64,000 bases of DNA. Source: Hydrurus foetidus (lineage: Eukaryota). Positions 50,990-61,559 of this stretch are shown piece after piece. The position numbers and the translations under genes were made by a program. The stretch is from positions 1 to 64,000 of the forward strand of contig UYFQ01000710.1 in NCBI GenBank assembly GCA_900617105.1, given 5' to 3'. Position 1 is the first letter of the stretch, and every line of letters begins with the position of its first letter. Under the pieces are notes generated by a model, which saw nothing but the letters and a program-made list of their open reading frames with translations, was not told where the DNA came from and ran no database searches.

Positions 50990-52456
50990 ATGCCAGCTAC
51001 ACTCGCCAGGAAGCCCATTCCCAAAAGGCTAGAGGATGAATTAAAAAATATTCCCAAATACAATCCAAGAACAGAGCCACAAAGACGTACTGTCGCCGAT
51101 ATACTGGGTGACTCTGTTGAAAGGGCCGCTTACGATGAAATTCTAGGACCTCTTGTGAATCGTTCATCAGCTCTTTCAAAAATGGGTTCTAGCTCGATGA
51201 TCACAGCCAGCGAGATCACGTCGGGAAGCAAAGAGTCAGATTTTACGACAAGTCTACTTGCACGGCTAGCAGATGCAGAGGAAGAAGCGAAATCTCTGAG
51301 GATGCAATTGATCGAAAAAAATTCAAAAATTACCAATGTAGAGCGTGAGAATGCGCAATTGCGTGCAATTGCAGAAGCACCAACATATCTCATGGATGAA
51401 GTAAATAGTCTCAAATCTGAGAATTTCCTTCTCGAAAAACAAATTATCGACATGGAAGAGTTTCTGCATGACTACGGATTACAATGGGTTGGTGGCACCA
51501 GAAACACAGCGGATAGTAAATCAACCGAATCTATAAAATGTGATGACCCCGGGTCTAAATTCAGCTATCCAGCTTTTGCTGCGAAGATAGAGGAGCTGAA
51601 TTCGCTATTATCATCGGAGCCAACTCAAATAAAGACTGACGCTAAGAGAGGGAAAATAGTGCACGCAAGTGAAATGTTTGACAGCATGAGTGTTACAGTG
51701 TACAGTGACGGCATTATGATAAGAAGGGGTCCATTTAGAAATCTGAATAGCGCATCACACGCTTCTTTTGTAAGAGACGTTATGGACGGCTTCTTCCCTT
51801 CTGAATTCAGAGAAGAATTCCCAGATGGCGTTATGTTTCATCTCATCGACAAGCACAGCACTGCATTTGTGGGATCAAGGGATCAGACAGAAGGTTCTTT
51901 GTCGCGAGAACAGTTCTTAGGAAAGGTGCACAAAACAGTTCTAAAAGATGGGAGCATTCTATCTGTGAGACAGGATCTGGCAAATTTTATTGACGGGAAA
52001 AGCAACAATGAGTCATCGAATTTCGGAAATGGTGATGTAGTTGATGCTACCCGTGAGTCGGCAGCAGGATCAAAAAGCGGCAACATCATTTTGAAAACTG
52101 CCGCATCCCTCGCTTCCAGAGAGGAGAGGAAAGAGACAAAGGGTTCTGTGGATAGAATAATAGAGGAAGAGAAAGAGGTAGTGGGTGGTGCACAGAGAGC
52201 CACATCATCTGTGCAGGTGCGTTGGCTGGACGGCACAGTGCTGCTGTGTGTCCTATACGAAGGGGACTGTGTGGGGGACATCAGAACAGAGATCAACAAG
52301 TACGTCACTTCTATCGGAACAATCCAAAGTGTCGCTGACTATGAGCTGCGCAGTGCGTATCCCCCCAGGGCCCTATCCGATCTGATGACCTTGAAAGAGG
52401 CCGGTCTGACCCCTAACGGGACCATTCACGCTAGGAGCACCTCCACTCAAAGTTAA
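50990..52456 (+). CDS. UBXN11: UBX domain-containing protein 11-like (coiled coil, SEP-like, UBX)
   Basis: MEEFLHDYGLQWVG, GPFR...FVRDVMDGFFPSEFREEFPDGV, C-terminal YELRSAYPPR...TLKEAGLTPNGTIH. Confidence 0.85.
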   Translation: MPATLARKPIPKRLEDELKNIPKYNPRTEPQRRTVADILGDSVERAAYDEILGPLVNRSSALSKMGSSSMITASEITSGSKESDFTTSLLARLADAEEEAKSLRMQLIEKNSKITNVERENAQLRAIAEAPTYLMDEVNSLKSENFLLEKQIIDMEEFLHDYGLQWVGGTRNTADSKSTESIKCDDPGSKFSYPAFAAKIEELNSLLSSEPTQIKTDAKRGKIVHASEMFDSMSVTVYSDGIMIRRGPFRNLNSASHASFVRDVMDGFFPSEFREEFPDGVMFHLIDKHSTAFVGSRDQTEGSLSREQFLGKVHKTVLKDGSILSVRQDLANFIDGKSNNESSNFGNGDVVDATRESAAGSKSGNIILKTAASLASREERKETKGSVDRIIEEEKEVVGGAQRATSSVQVRWLDGTVLLCVLYEGDCVGDIRTEINKYVTSIGTIQSVADYELRSAYPPRALSDLMTLKEAGLTPNGTIHARSTSTQS

Positions 52457-53586
52457 CAGAGCTAGAGGCAATATGGGTAACGCTCCTCATTACTTTCGAA
52501 GTCACGCCTAAACAGCAATATCGTATAATGACCGATGAGAACAACATTTAGTACGCTACATTCGTCAAATATGCAGAAGAAAATCCCCAAAACTGTCGTT
52601 CAGTTGTGAACTCGACAACACCTGCCTGACTTTTTTCCATCGAGGACTGTTGGATCCAGCCTTTTTTCCTGCTGCTTGTCTACCTAGGGGATCAACCCAC
52701 TGCTGGCATTCACTGCTACTCTCTATCTTAACATAGCTTGCTCCTTATTATGCTGTAGCATAGCGGACTATACCTCGAGACACCTACAGAATAGTAGCAG
52801 ATATATCTATGATTGACTGTGACTCAGCATTGCGTAAGAGAAATGTTGCGTCCTCACCTATCGAGCTCCCGTCCTAGCTCCTCCCCATCAGCTTGAAGCA
52901 GAACAGCTACCAACCGGTCGTACATGCCATCGTTAAATGATGTACGTTACACGCTGCACATGCACATTCGAACGTACAGTACATGATTCAGTTTTAATGT
53001 CGACACATTCATTGTAAGATCGTACTTTCCTTTGACTAAATTTACAGCAACTTCAGAACACTTTTTTCACTTCGCAATCGAATGCTCAAATTCATCCAAG
53101 TGTGGGAATTTTGAGATGACGCTACTCAGTTCTAGATGTGTATCACCCATGGTTTGGCCGAAAGTGCTGTCCATTACGTGCAGCTTTGTGTCCTTTCATG
53201 CCATCTCACGTTGCTACCATCCGCACAATATAACTTACGTATGACTTTCATTTGCTAGCAGTGTCATGAAGGCATGGGCCACGATCCATATTGTGCTGTC
53301 CCGTTGTCTTCATTTCCATCAGGGGTACTCTCCGCGGAGAACTATCCTCTGGCCGAGGCATTTTTCAGATAATCAACAGATCCCAGATTAGCTCAAAAGT
53401 TGTCCGAAGATCAGATTAAAAACTAAAAATTTGAAAATTAGATGCTTGTTCAGACAATTAGACAGCCCTATAATTGTCTGACCTGCAAATCCACCGACAA
53501 CTCTTCTCATGATGAGACACGACGAATAACGATGACAACAAGTACTCGTGAACACAGAGCAGTGAGAAGTTAAAGCAGAATAAGCC

Positions 53587-54537
53587 ATGTTTGCTCGATC
53601 AATTCTCGCAAAGTCGGCGGCACCGCTGACGATCGGCGGTTTTATTACATTATCAACTTCATCTGCCAAATGCTCTGGTGAGGATCATATTCCATCTTTA
53701 GATTATGGATGGAGTCATCACGGTGCCCTCGCCTCTTTCGACTACGGAAGCATCAGAAGAGGATTCCAAGTTTATCGTCAAGTGTGTGCCTCATGCCACA
53801 GCATCGACAAAATTTCTTTCCGCACTTTGGTTGGAGTAACACACGACGAGGCCAAGATGAAGGCCCTTGCCGAGACATACGAAATCGAAGACGGGTGAGC
53901 TTCAAGCGCTGGCGACAGTTTTCTGCATACTCCTCACTGACAGAAGACAGTAATTTCCTTGAGAAGAATATCCGCAGCTGAAGAATCGAAACATCGGAAA
54001 CTAAAGATATCTATCTACTTCAATATTTTATTTAGACCAAACGACATCGGTGAGATGTTCGAGAGACCAGGTAAGCTCTCCGACAGAATACCAGGTCCTT
54101 ACAAAAACGAGGAGCAAGCGCGTGCGGCTAACGGAGGTGCTTACCCGCCAGACTTGACACTGATGGTGAAGGCCCGTCACTACGGAGTGGACTACATCTT
54201 CTCCTTGCTCACTGGCTACATTGATGCACCAGCTGGAAAGGCGATGTTGCCAGGCCTTCACTATAACCCCTACTTCCCTGGCGGTGCCATTGCCATGGCA
54301 AAGCAACTTGTCGACGGCCAGGTAGAATACGAGGACGGAACGAAAGCCACCGAATCGCAAATGGCAAAGGATGTCGCGTGCTTCTTGGCTTGGGCAGCAG
54401 AGCCGGAACACGATGAGCGCAAAAAGAACGGCATGCAGTTCATGATTGCCATCGCAGCCGCACTTGCCATCACGGGTTTCTACAAGAGATTCAGATGGTC
54501 CATCTTTAAAACCCGTAAAATAACCTACACTAAGTAA
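53587..54537 (+). CDS. CYC1: Mitochondrial cytochrome c1 (complex III), 2 exons (intron 53895-54035)
   Basis: [70 protein letters not shown]-terminal TM. Confidence 0.97.
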
Positions 54538-55210
54538 AACTTGAAACAATGCATCTCTCGCATGCTCTGAAATTTTTGTAAAAAGCTTGAAGATGGCGTT
54601 ATTGATTGTAGATGATGAGTTTGTCTCTTTCGAAATTAATAAGCGCGCGACTCTTTCCTTCAGCCATTTTTCTTAATCGTCTGTTCCAACCTAGGATGAC
54701 CAACTAGGTAGCAAGAATATCTTGGGGACGGCGAAGCGCACCTCGCGAAAGCGGTACGGGACAGCATCGGGTGAAAAAAATCATGTGAAGGACCCTGATT
54801 GTAAAAGGTTACCAGGAGCATCACTTAATTACATGCGAAGACAGACATTGGGAAATTTCCTGCATGGTAAGTCAACACATGCGCGCTTCAATTACGCAGC
54901 AAACTCTCTCCGGCTTTAACAATCCTCGACAGGATATTTGCCAGCTGCGAAATCAATATCGTACTGGGTCCTTATTCCAAGAGCAAGAAGGTGACGTTTC
55001 TCATTCACGCGATGGTCTGATGGGTACGGAATCAATTTTAGGAGTGTCGTTAAAGTGGTTCATAATAATAAAAGTGCAGAGAACAATATTTCAAATTCAC
55101 TAAATGGTCAGCAAGATGATAGATTCTTCCTCATGTTGAAGCAACGCGATGAGAAATAAAAAGAGAACTTTTCTCGTTCACGCAATGGTGCCGGGGAAAT
55201 GGTATCAGTA

Positions 55211-55609
55211 TTAGGATGTCGTCTGTGTAGGAAGTGAAAACGGAATAGCGTGTACACAACATTTCAAATCCATGCAACGGATTGACTGATGCAGTATAAC
55301 TTGGAGGCGGTCGTTAAGAACAGGATAATTGTGACAGAGCTCGAAGATGATTAAAATATTCTTACTTTCGTGGTAGTAGAAGCCAACAGGGTATGCACAG
55401 GCGGCGCAGATGAGGGGATACTTCCAAAAGAAGTTCGCACTTCCTGATCTGAGGTCGTAGTGCATATTCTTGCAAATGCCGTTCCACGGCATGTAAGCGA
55501 TTTTATAGGCAGTTTTTCCTGCCTGTCTCAGTTGGGCCATATTGGGAATGCTGTTCACGAGTGTCGTGAATGTGTGGACCACCACTTTAGGGATCCCAAT
55601 TTTGGACAT
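55211..55609 (-). CDS. Hypothetical protein or degenerate gene fragment
   Basis: Protein-like ORF from MSKIGIPKVV with no recognised motif. Confidence 0.3.
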   Translation of the reverse strand: MSKIGIPKVVVHTFTTLVNSIPNMAQLRQAGKTAYKIAYMPWNGICKNMHYDLRSGSANFFWKYPLICAACAYPVGFYYHESKNILIIFELCHNYPVLNDRLQVILHQSIRCMDLKCCVHAIPFSLPTQTTS

Positions 55610-55856
55610 ATTTCGTAACCTTGATAATTTGTCTTTCAAATTTCCTCTGATGTAGAGATGCGTAGATAGGGAGTAGGAATGGCGTCCTGGCACGTAGAGC
55701 TGTCGACTGTCGATTGTCGATGCCCGATGCAGTACAGAGGAGATGGGCTTGACAACTGTTGTTGACCCCAAAGGGTAAAACTACACAATTTTCATTTCAC
55801 AACGCTCACTTTACAACTTTTAACAGATTAGAAAACTTCTGTATTGTCTGAACCAA

Positions 55857-56079
55857 GGCCACTCCCTACGGTGTCGGATTTCAGGGAAAGTTGGAATCGG
55901 ATTTCGGTTTCTGAAATCCAATTCTGACTTTGTCGATTTCCGACGCGGTCTCCGTCGGATTTTAGGCGTATTTTCTTACAAAATCGGCGTTGGAAATCGA
56001 AAAAGTCAGAATTGGATTTCAAAAACCGAAATCCGATTCCAACTTTCCCTGAAATCCGACACCATAAGGAGGAGTGGCC
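55857..56079. mobile_element. Harbinger-family (Tourist-like) MITE, 223-bp foldback, sitting at the end of the second Harbinger copy
   Basis: GGCCACTCC...GGAGTGGCC termini; arms homologous to the 41698-41899 foldback; flanks CAA/TAA (imperfect TSD). Confidence 0.85.
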
Positions 56080-56092
56080 TAATAAGTACTAC

Positions 56093-56361
56093 TGTAGCCT
56101 TATGCATCCCTAGGTGGATACAATGTGTCTAGGTTAACTAGGTACAATAGGTACAATACGCCCAGATTCCAGTTTTAGGTCTTAGTTCTACATAGATCTC
56201 CCGCCCTGTTAGGAGACTGTACATCACCTATCCTTTAACTGTAAACTATAAACACAACGTTATCCCTCCTAGCAACGTCTTCTCTTGTCCCACGCCTCCG
56301 TCTTTAATCCTCCGTCAACTATCGAAACCTCCGTCCTCCGTCCTAGGCCCCGTTCTGACCA
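56093..56361 (+). repeat. 5' LTR
   Basis: Direct repeat of 61071-61339. Confidence 0.97.
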
Positions 56362-56777
56362 TAATATCGATATTCGGTCGTCACCGAAGTTTCCTCCGAG
56401 AAATTCTATTCGTCTCTACAACTGTTACCTTCGCCTCCTTCCAACATTCCCCGTCAAGCTAGAGTTATGGCGGTCCGTCGTCAGGAAAAGAAGACCAGTT
56501 CCATCAATGCCTTACGTCGACAACAGCAACCTCCAAGAGCTGTTGCCGTCGCCTTCCGACAACGTTATGATGAGCACCACAATCGTGGCGGAGATTTCGA
56601 GTCTCCTGTGCCACCTGCGGCTCAGGACCCCGCCGGCGACCTGTCTGCACCGATTCCTCAGCGGAATTCGGAGCCTGCGGTCATGTCTGTCGTAGATATT
56701 CCTGTCATTTCTGCGTTATCCGCGTTGTCATTGCAACCAGCTTCGGCTGCGACACCAGCTTCGGCTGCGACCTAAAG

Positions 56778-59700
56778 TTGCCTGTCGATAAGTTGCCTGT
56801 CGAACCTATCAATTGGAGAGCAGTGTTACAGCGTAGTCTTAACAATACAACGCCAAGACTCATTACAATCGAAGACTTTCGATTCGTATGGCTTGCGCAG
56901 CTTGCTAAGCTACGAGAATCAATTGATGCCTTACGGTTCATTGATGTCTCTCCTTTGTATGGTGATAACTCTCGCCAAATCAAAGCTCCTGCTCGTTCCT
57001 CTCAGGACAAAATCAAAAAACGTCCACGAGAGGACGAGCAATCTGTGCAATCAGACAAGTCTGATAAATTCGAAAGACCTCTGTGCACAGGTTGTGGGAG
57101 ATTAGGCCATTTCGTCGCCACGTGTTTCTACACTACGTCTCCGTACTATAATAGTACTCAGACACCCTACATTAACTCTGAGGGTCATAAGCAGTTGTTG
57201 AAAGTCGATTCGAAGGCTAAGTTTATTCCAACTTTACCTAAGACATCGACCTCTTCTTCATCGTCTTCCTCTTCCTCCTCTTCCTCTTCGTCAAAACCTG
57301 CTACTTCAACAGCAGACTCGACAAACCCAGCGAAGAAACACAAGGGTGAGCAACTATGCAATCTAAATTCATCATCTATTCTTTCCGATGATCTAGAACT
57401 TATTCCTTTCTTCATATCTCCCCTCTCACAGGAGGTTATGCTGGAAAAAAGTAATAGAGTCTTTACTTTCCTGGACACCGGCTCTTTTGCTGGCAATTTT
57501 ATACATCGCCGCATTTTAACTAACCTCAATTTCACACAATTCGTTTCAAACTCTTCAAAGAAATTGTGTAAAGTTTGTAGTGGATTAGATAATCATTGTT
57601 ATGATATTTCTGACACTATAGACTTAACTCTTTCTTATTTTTGCCCTGATTTAAATAATCATTATACTTTTCAAATCACGGCTTATGTTTTAAACGATTC
57701 AAAATTTGATCTAATAGTGGGACGAAAATCAATTCGCGAATTGAATTTGTTTTCACGATTCCTAGATCAGATATCTGCCAATGCTTCATCAAGCACAACC
57801 TCATTAGCGGAAGTTTTATCTTCTGAGCAGGTGGATATAACGTGTGGCTGTCAGCCTAAGGAGAATTTGCTACCCTCCGACGGCTCCCCAAAAGTCGATC
57901 CTTTAACCCAAAAGGTGAAACCGGCAGTCACTCAAACACACGTTATTCTAGCCTCACTAATACAAGAGTCTGAAAGACTTTTTGAGTCTGTGCCCCCTGA
58001 TGAGGATGAAATCGACGACTCGATCAAGGACTCGTTTTCACCTTGGATAGATGAATTTCCTGATACTGACCCACTCTCGCTAATAAACTTAGCAGGTGAT
58101 GAAGATCAGAAAAATAAACTTCGATTACTAGTAAACGAATTCAAGGATATATTTAGCAGTGAACTTTCGGCCACTCCTGCTGATATTCCACCTTTTGACT
58201 TTCATGTCAATGACGACCAATGGAGAGTCCCTAGAAATAGACAACCTCCATGGTCTAAATCAACAGTTGATCAAGCTGACATTCTTAGTCAGATTAACAA
58301 ACTTGAGAAACATAATATTGTTGAAAAATCAAACGCGGCTTATTATAGCCAAGTTTTACTAGTTCCTAAATCTGATGGAACTAAGCGCATGTGTATTGAT
58401 TTTCGGAATCTCAACAATTGTACCGAAGATAAATCACATCCTATTCCACACATCGGTGAGATGTTGCGTAGAATAGGTGCACATAAAGCAAAAGTGTTTG
58501 CTGTACTTGACCTCACTCAAGGTTACCATCAAGCACCTCTTACACTCGCTGCACGCGCTTTTACTGCATTCATACTTTTCTGCGGAGTATATCAATTCAC
58601 TCGTTTACCCTTTGGGCCAAAACAAGCTCCCTCCTATTTCCAACAGATTATGACGACTGTTGTGTTAGCTGGGCTGATATACTCTATATGCGAAATGTAC
58701 ATCTATGATTGCAATGTTTTCGGTAAAGACATTGATGAACTCATTTCTAGACTTCGTCTTGTTTTTGAACGCTTTAGAAAACACAAAATATTCCTTAAAC
58801 CGAATAAGTGTTATCTAGGCTATGCCGAAATAGACTATGTTGGCAAAGTTCTATCTGCGGATGGACTTAGAATGTCACAAGAAAAAATACGGACTGTCTT
58901 AGATTTTCCTAAACCAGTACTATCTAAACAACTTAAAAGTTTTTTAGGATTGGTTAATTATTTTCACGACTTTGTTAGAAACGCTTCTACTGTTGTATAC
59001 CCGTTACATCAGTTGCTTCTTAACTATAATAAGTATAAGAAAATAACTTGGACAATAGAAGCTCTCAGAGCATTCAATTTGATCAAATCCGAGATTTCTA
59101 AATGCACGACTATGCACTTTTTAAGTGACACCGATCCGATTTACTTGCACACTGATGCATCGGACTACGGTGTAGGTGCCTATCTTTTCCAGTTAGTTGA
59201 CGGTCAAGAGACGCCCATAGCATTTGTCAGTAAATCACTTAACAAAGCTCAGCTTCGTTGGGCTGTTATACAGAAAGAAGCATATGCTATCTTTTATTCG
59301 TGCACGTATTTAAAATCGCTATTACGTGATCGTTTGTTTACATTACGAACAGATCATCGTAACTTGTTATACATAAAGGATAATTCAAATCCAATGATTG
59401 TTCGGTGGTTCATGGCCTTATCCGAATATTCATTTAAAATTGAATATATACCTGGATCTAACAATGATATAGCTGATTCGATGTCTCGACTCTGTCGCAA
59501 TAACATGGTTGATTTCCCTCAGGAATATACTCCTGATGCAATCATGTCTGCTAATATTATTGAGAAATTTAAACTAACACGTGAGCAGTACAATATTATC
59601 AGTAAAGTACACAACTCACAAGTTGGACATTTCGGTCTAGAGCGCACTCTAAAGCGTCTCAAAGATAATAATGAAATTTGGCAATATATGCGACAGCATG

Positions 59701-60869
59701 TCAGGTGGTTCATAGATCACTGTTCGTGTTGTCAGAAGATGAGTATGTTAAAGATACCAATAAATGCTCATGGCTTCTCGACTTCTACTTACACACCTAT
59801 GGAATGCCTTAACATAGACTTCATAGGACCGTTTCCAGACGGCGGGTACGTACTCGTAATTATCGATACGTTCACAAGATGGGTTGAACTGTTTCATACA
59901 GAAGATGCTACGGCACTTTCAACAGCTAAATGCCTCTTGCAACATTTCGGTCGTTTCGGCGCACCTCTCCAACTCCGTTCTGATAATGGGCCACACTTCA
60001 TTTCCGAAGTTATCAAAGAGTTTCTAACTCTTATTGGCACTCAACATTGTCTTACTTTAGCATACTCTAAAGAAGAAAATGCTATTGTTGAGCGCATGAA
60101 TAAAGAAGTTAATAGACATCTTCGTGCATTAACATTCGATAATGTCACACTAGAAGATTATAAAACATCACTTCCTTTTGTGCAACGAATTTTAAATTCT
60201 AACCACAGTGATCGTTTAAAGATATCAGCTTCTCAACTTCTTTTCGGAAATGTACTGAAACTCGACAGAGGAATTTTTTTACCTCCTGCTGAGCGAAACG
60301 TTACTGATGACAAACCTTTGTCAAAGCGTATGAGCAATCTGCTCAAAACGCAAGAAAGCCTTCTTAAAGCTTCGGCTAAAGAACTTCTTCGCACAGATTT
60401 GCTTCATCAAAGTCAGTCTCAAATCTTTCAACATGTAGAGTATCCAAAAGACTCTTATGTCTTGGTGCACTATCGCGATGGATCACCTCCTTCACGTCTT
60501 CACACGCATTGGAGAGGTCCATTAAAAGTCGTTAGTGGCGAAAATTCGCGTTACACACTATATGATCTCGTCACTCAGAAAACATCAGAATTTCATGTAT
60601 CTTCCATGAAACCTTTTCTATTTGACTCATCAATCACAAATCCGTTAGATGTTGCACGACGTGATCACATGGAATACTTTGTTGAAGATATTCTTGAACA
60701 TCGTGGTAAACATCAACGCACCCACATAGAGTTTTTAGTCAAGTGGTTAAATTACCCTTCTGACAAAAACACTTGGGAACCTTATTCAAGTCTTCGTGAC
60801 GTTGTTAAACTTCATGATTATTTACGTCATAATAATATGACCAATTTAATCAATAAACAACATCGTTGA
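56778..60869 (+). CDS. Gag(partial)-Pol polyprotein: zinc knuckle, aspartic protease, RT (YXDD mutated), RNase H, integrase, chromodomain
   Basis: CTGCGRLGHFVATC; FLDTGS; RMCIDFRNLN, LDLTQGYHQ, LPFGP, YIYD; HTDASDYG, TDHRNL, ADSMSR; H..GH...CSCC, IDFIG, SDNG, VERMN; YFVEDILEHR...FLVKWLNYP...TWEP. Confidence 0.95.
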   Translation: MPVDKLPVEPINWRAVLQRSLNNTTPRLITIEDFRFVWLAQLAKLRESIDALRFIDVSPLYGDNSRQIKAPARSSQDKIKKRPREDEQSVQSDKSDKFERPLCTGCGRLGHFVATCFYTTSPYYNSTQTPYINSEGHKQLLKVDSKAKFIPTLPKTSTSSSSSSSSSSSSSSKPATSTADSTNPAKKHKGEQLCNLNSSSILSDDLELIPFFISPLSQEVMLEKSNRVFTFLDTGSFAGNFIHRRILTNLNFTQFVSNSSKKLCKVCSGLDNHCYDISDTIDLTLSYFCPDLNNHYTFQITAYVLNDSKFDLIVGRKSIRELNLFSRFLDQISANASSSTTSLAEVLSSEQVDITCGCQPKENLLPSDGSPKVDPLTQKVKPAVTQTHVILASLIQESERLFESVPPDEDEIDDSIKDSFSPWIDEFPDTDPLSLINLAGDEDQKNKLRLLVNEFKDIFSSELSATPADIPPFDFHVNDDQWRVPRNRQPPWSKSTVDQADILSQINKLEKHNIVEKSNAAYYSQVLLVPKSDGTKRMCIDFRNLNNCTEDKSHPIPHIGEMLRRIGAHKAKVFAVLDLTQGYHQAPLTLAARAFTAFILFCGVYQFTRLPFGPKQAPSYFQQIMTTVVLAGLIYSICEMYIYDCNVFGKDIDELISRLRLVFERFRKHKIFLKPNKCYLGYAEIDYVGKVLSADGLRMSQEKIRTVLDFPKPVLSKQLKSFLGLVNYFHDFVRNASTVVYPLHQLLLNYNKYKKITWTIEALRAFNLIKSEISKCTTMHFLSDTDPIYLHTDASDYGVGAYLFQLVDGQETPIAFVSKSLNKAQLRWAVIQKEAYAIFYSCTYLKSLLRDRLFTLRTDHRNLLYIKDNSNPMIVRWFMALSEYSFKIEYIPGSNNDIADSMSRLCRNNMVDFPQEYTPDAIMSANIIEKFKLTREQYNIISKVHNSQVGHFGLERTLKRLKDNNEIWQYMRQHVRWFIDHCSCCQKMSMLKIPINAHGFSTSTYTPMECLNIDFIGPFPDGGYVLVIIDTFTRWVELFHTEDATALSTAKCLLQHFGRFGAPLQLRSDNGPHFISEVIKEFLTLIGTQHCLTLAYSKEENAIVERMNKEVNRHLRALTFDNVTLEDYKTSLPFVQRILNSNHSDRLKISASQLLFGNVLKLDRGIFLPPAERNVTDDKPLSKRMSNLLKTQESLLKASAKELLRTDLLHQSQSQIFQHVEYPKDSYVLVHYRDGSPPSRLHTHWRGPLKVVSGENSRYTLYDLVTQKTSEFHVSSMKPFLFDSSITNPLDVARRDHMEYFVEDILEHRGKHQRTHIEFLVKWLNYPSDKNTWEPYSSLRDVVKLHDYLRHNNMTNLINKQHR

Positions 60870-61070
60870 CTTTTATATACATATATCCTTGAAACTTTAT
60901 CCATGAGGATTCTCTCCCATTTTTTTTACCTACAAGGTCTTTTTTGGAGAGTTTAGTCAGTAAAAGTCTGACATAATCGTTTCAAGTTTTTATACGCTAT
61001 ATATATATACATATACTTTTTTTCTCTAACACATATTGGTGTTGATTTTCAAAAAAGGAAGAAGGGGTAG

Positions 61071-61339
61071 TGTAGCCTTATGCATCCCTAGGTGGATACA
61101 ATGTGTCTAGGTTAACTAGGTACAATAGGTACAATACGCCCAGATTCCAGTTTTAGGTCTTAGTTCTACATAGATCTCCCGCCCTGTTAGGAGACTGTAC
61201 ATCACCTATCCTTTAACTGTAAACTATAAACACAACGTTATCCCTCCTAGCAACGTCTTCTCTTGTCCCACGCCTCCGTCTTTAATCCTCCGTCAACCAT
61301 CGAAACCTCCGTCCTCCGTCCTAGGCCCCGTTCTGACCA
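61071..61339 (+). repeat. 3' LTR
   Basis: Direct repeat of 56093-56361, preceded by the polypurine tract. Confidence 0.97.
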
Positions 61340-61559
61340 TACTACTGTAGTCACAGCCGTTCCATACGGAAAAAAATTCCTCAAAACGTCGAGGTTTTCT
61401 GTAAACCTCGGAGTCTGACGATGAGGATTTTTGAAATCCTCAAAACGTAACCTGGGATTCGGAGGTTACGTTGCGAGGATTTCAAAAACCTCGGCGTCGT
61501 GACGAATAGACACAATAGTTGACTGCATCTGTCACAATTACAACACAGAAGACATCGTC

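Larger units (their letters stand above)
56093..61339 (+). mobile_element. Ty3/Gypsy chromovirus-type LTR retrotransposon (5.25 kb)
   Basis: 269-bp LTRs (TG...CA) at 56093-56361 and 61071-61339, with one visible mismatch; TACTAC duplicated at 56087-56092 and 61340-61345; PPT AAAAAAGGAAGAAGGGGTAG at 61051-61070; PR-RT-RH-IN order. Confidence 0.97.

Noticed and set aside
54028..54549. Antisense ORFs over CYC1 (and similar ones over the ABCF, FtsH, PH and PPR-like genes)
   Set aside because: They are shadows of the real coding strand with no motifs of their own.
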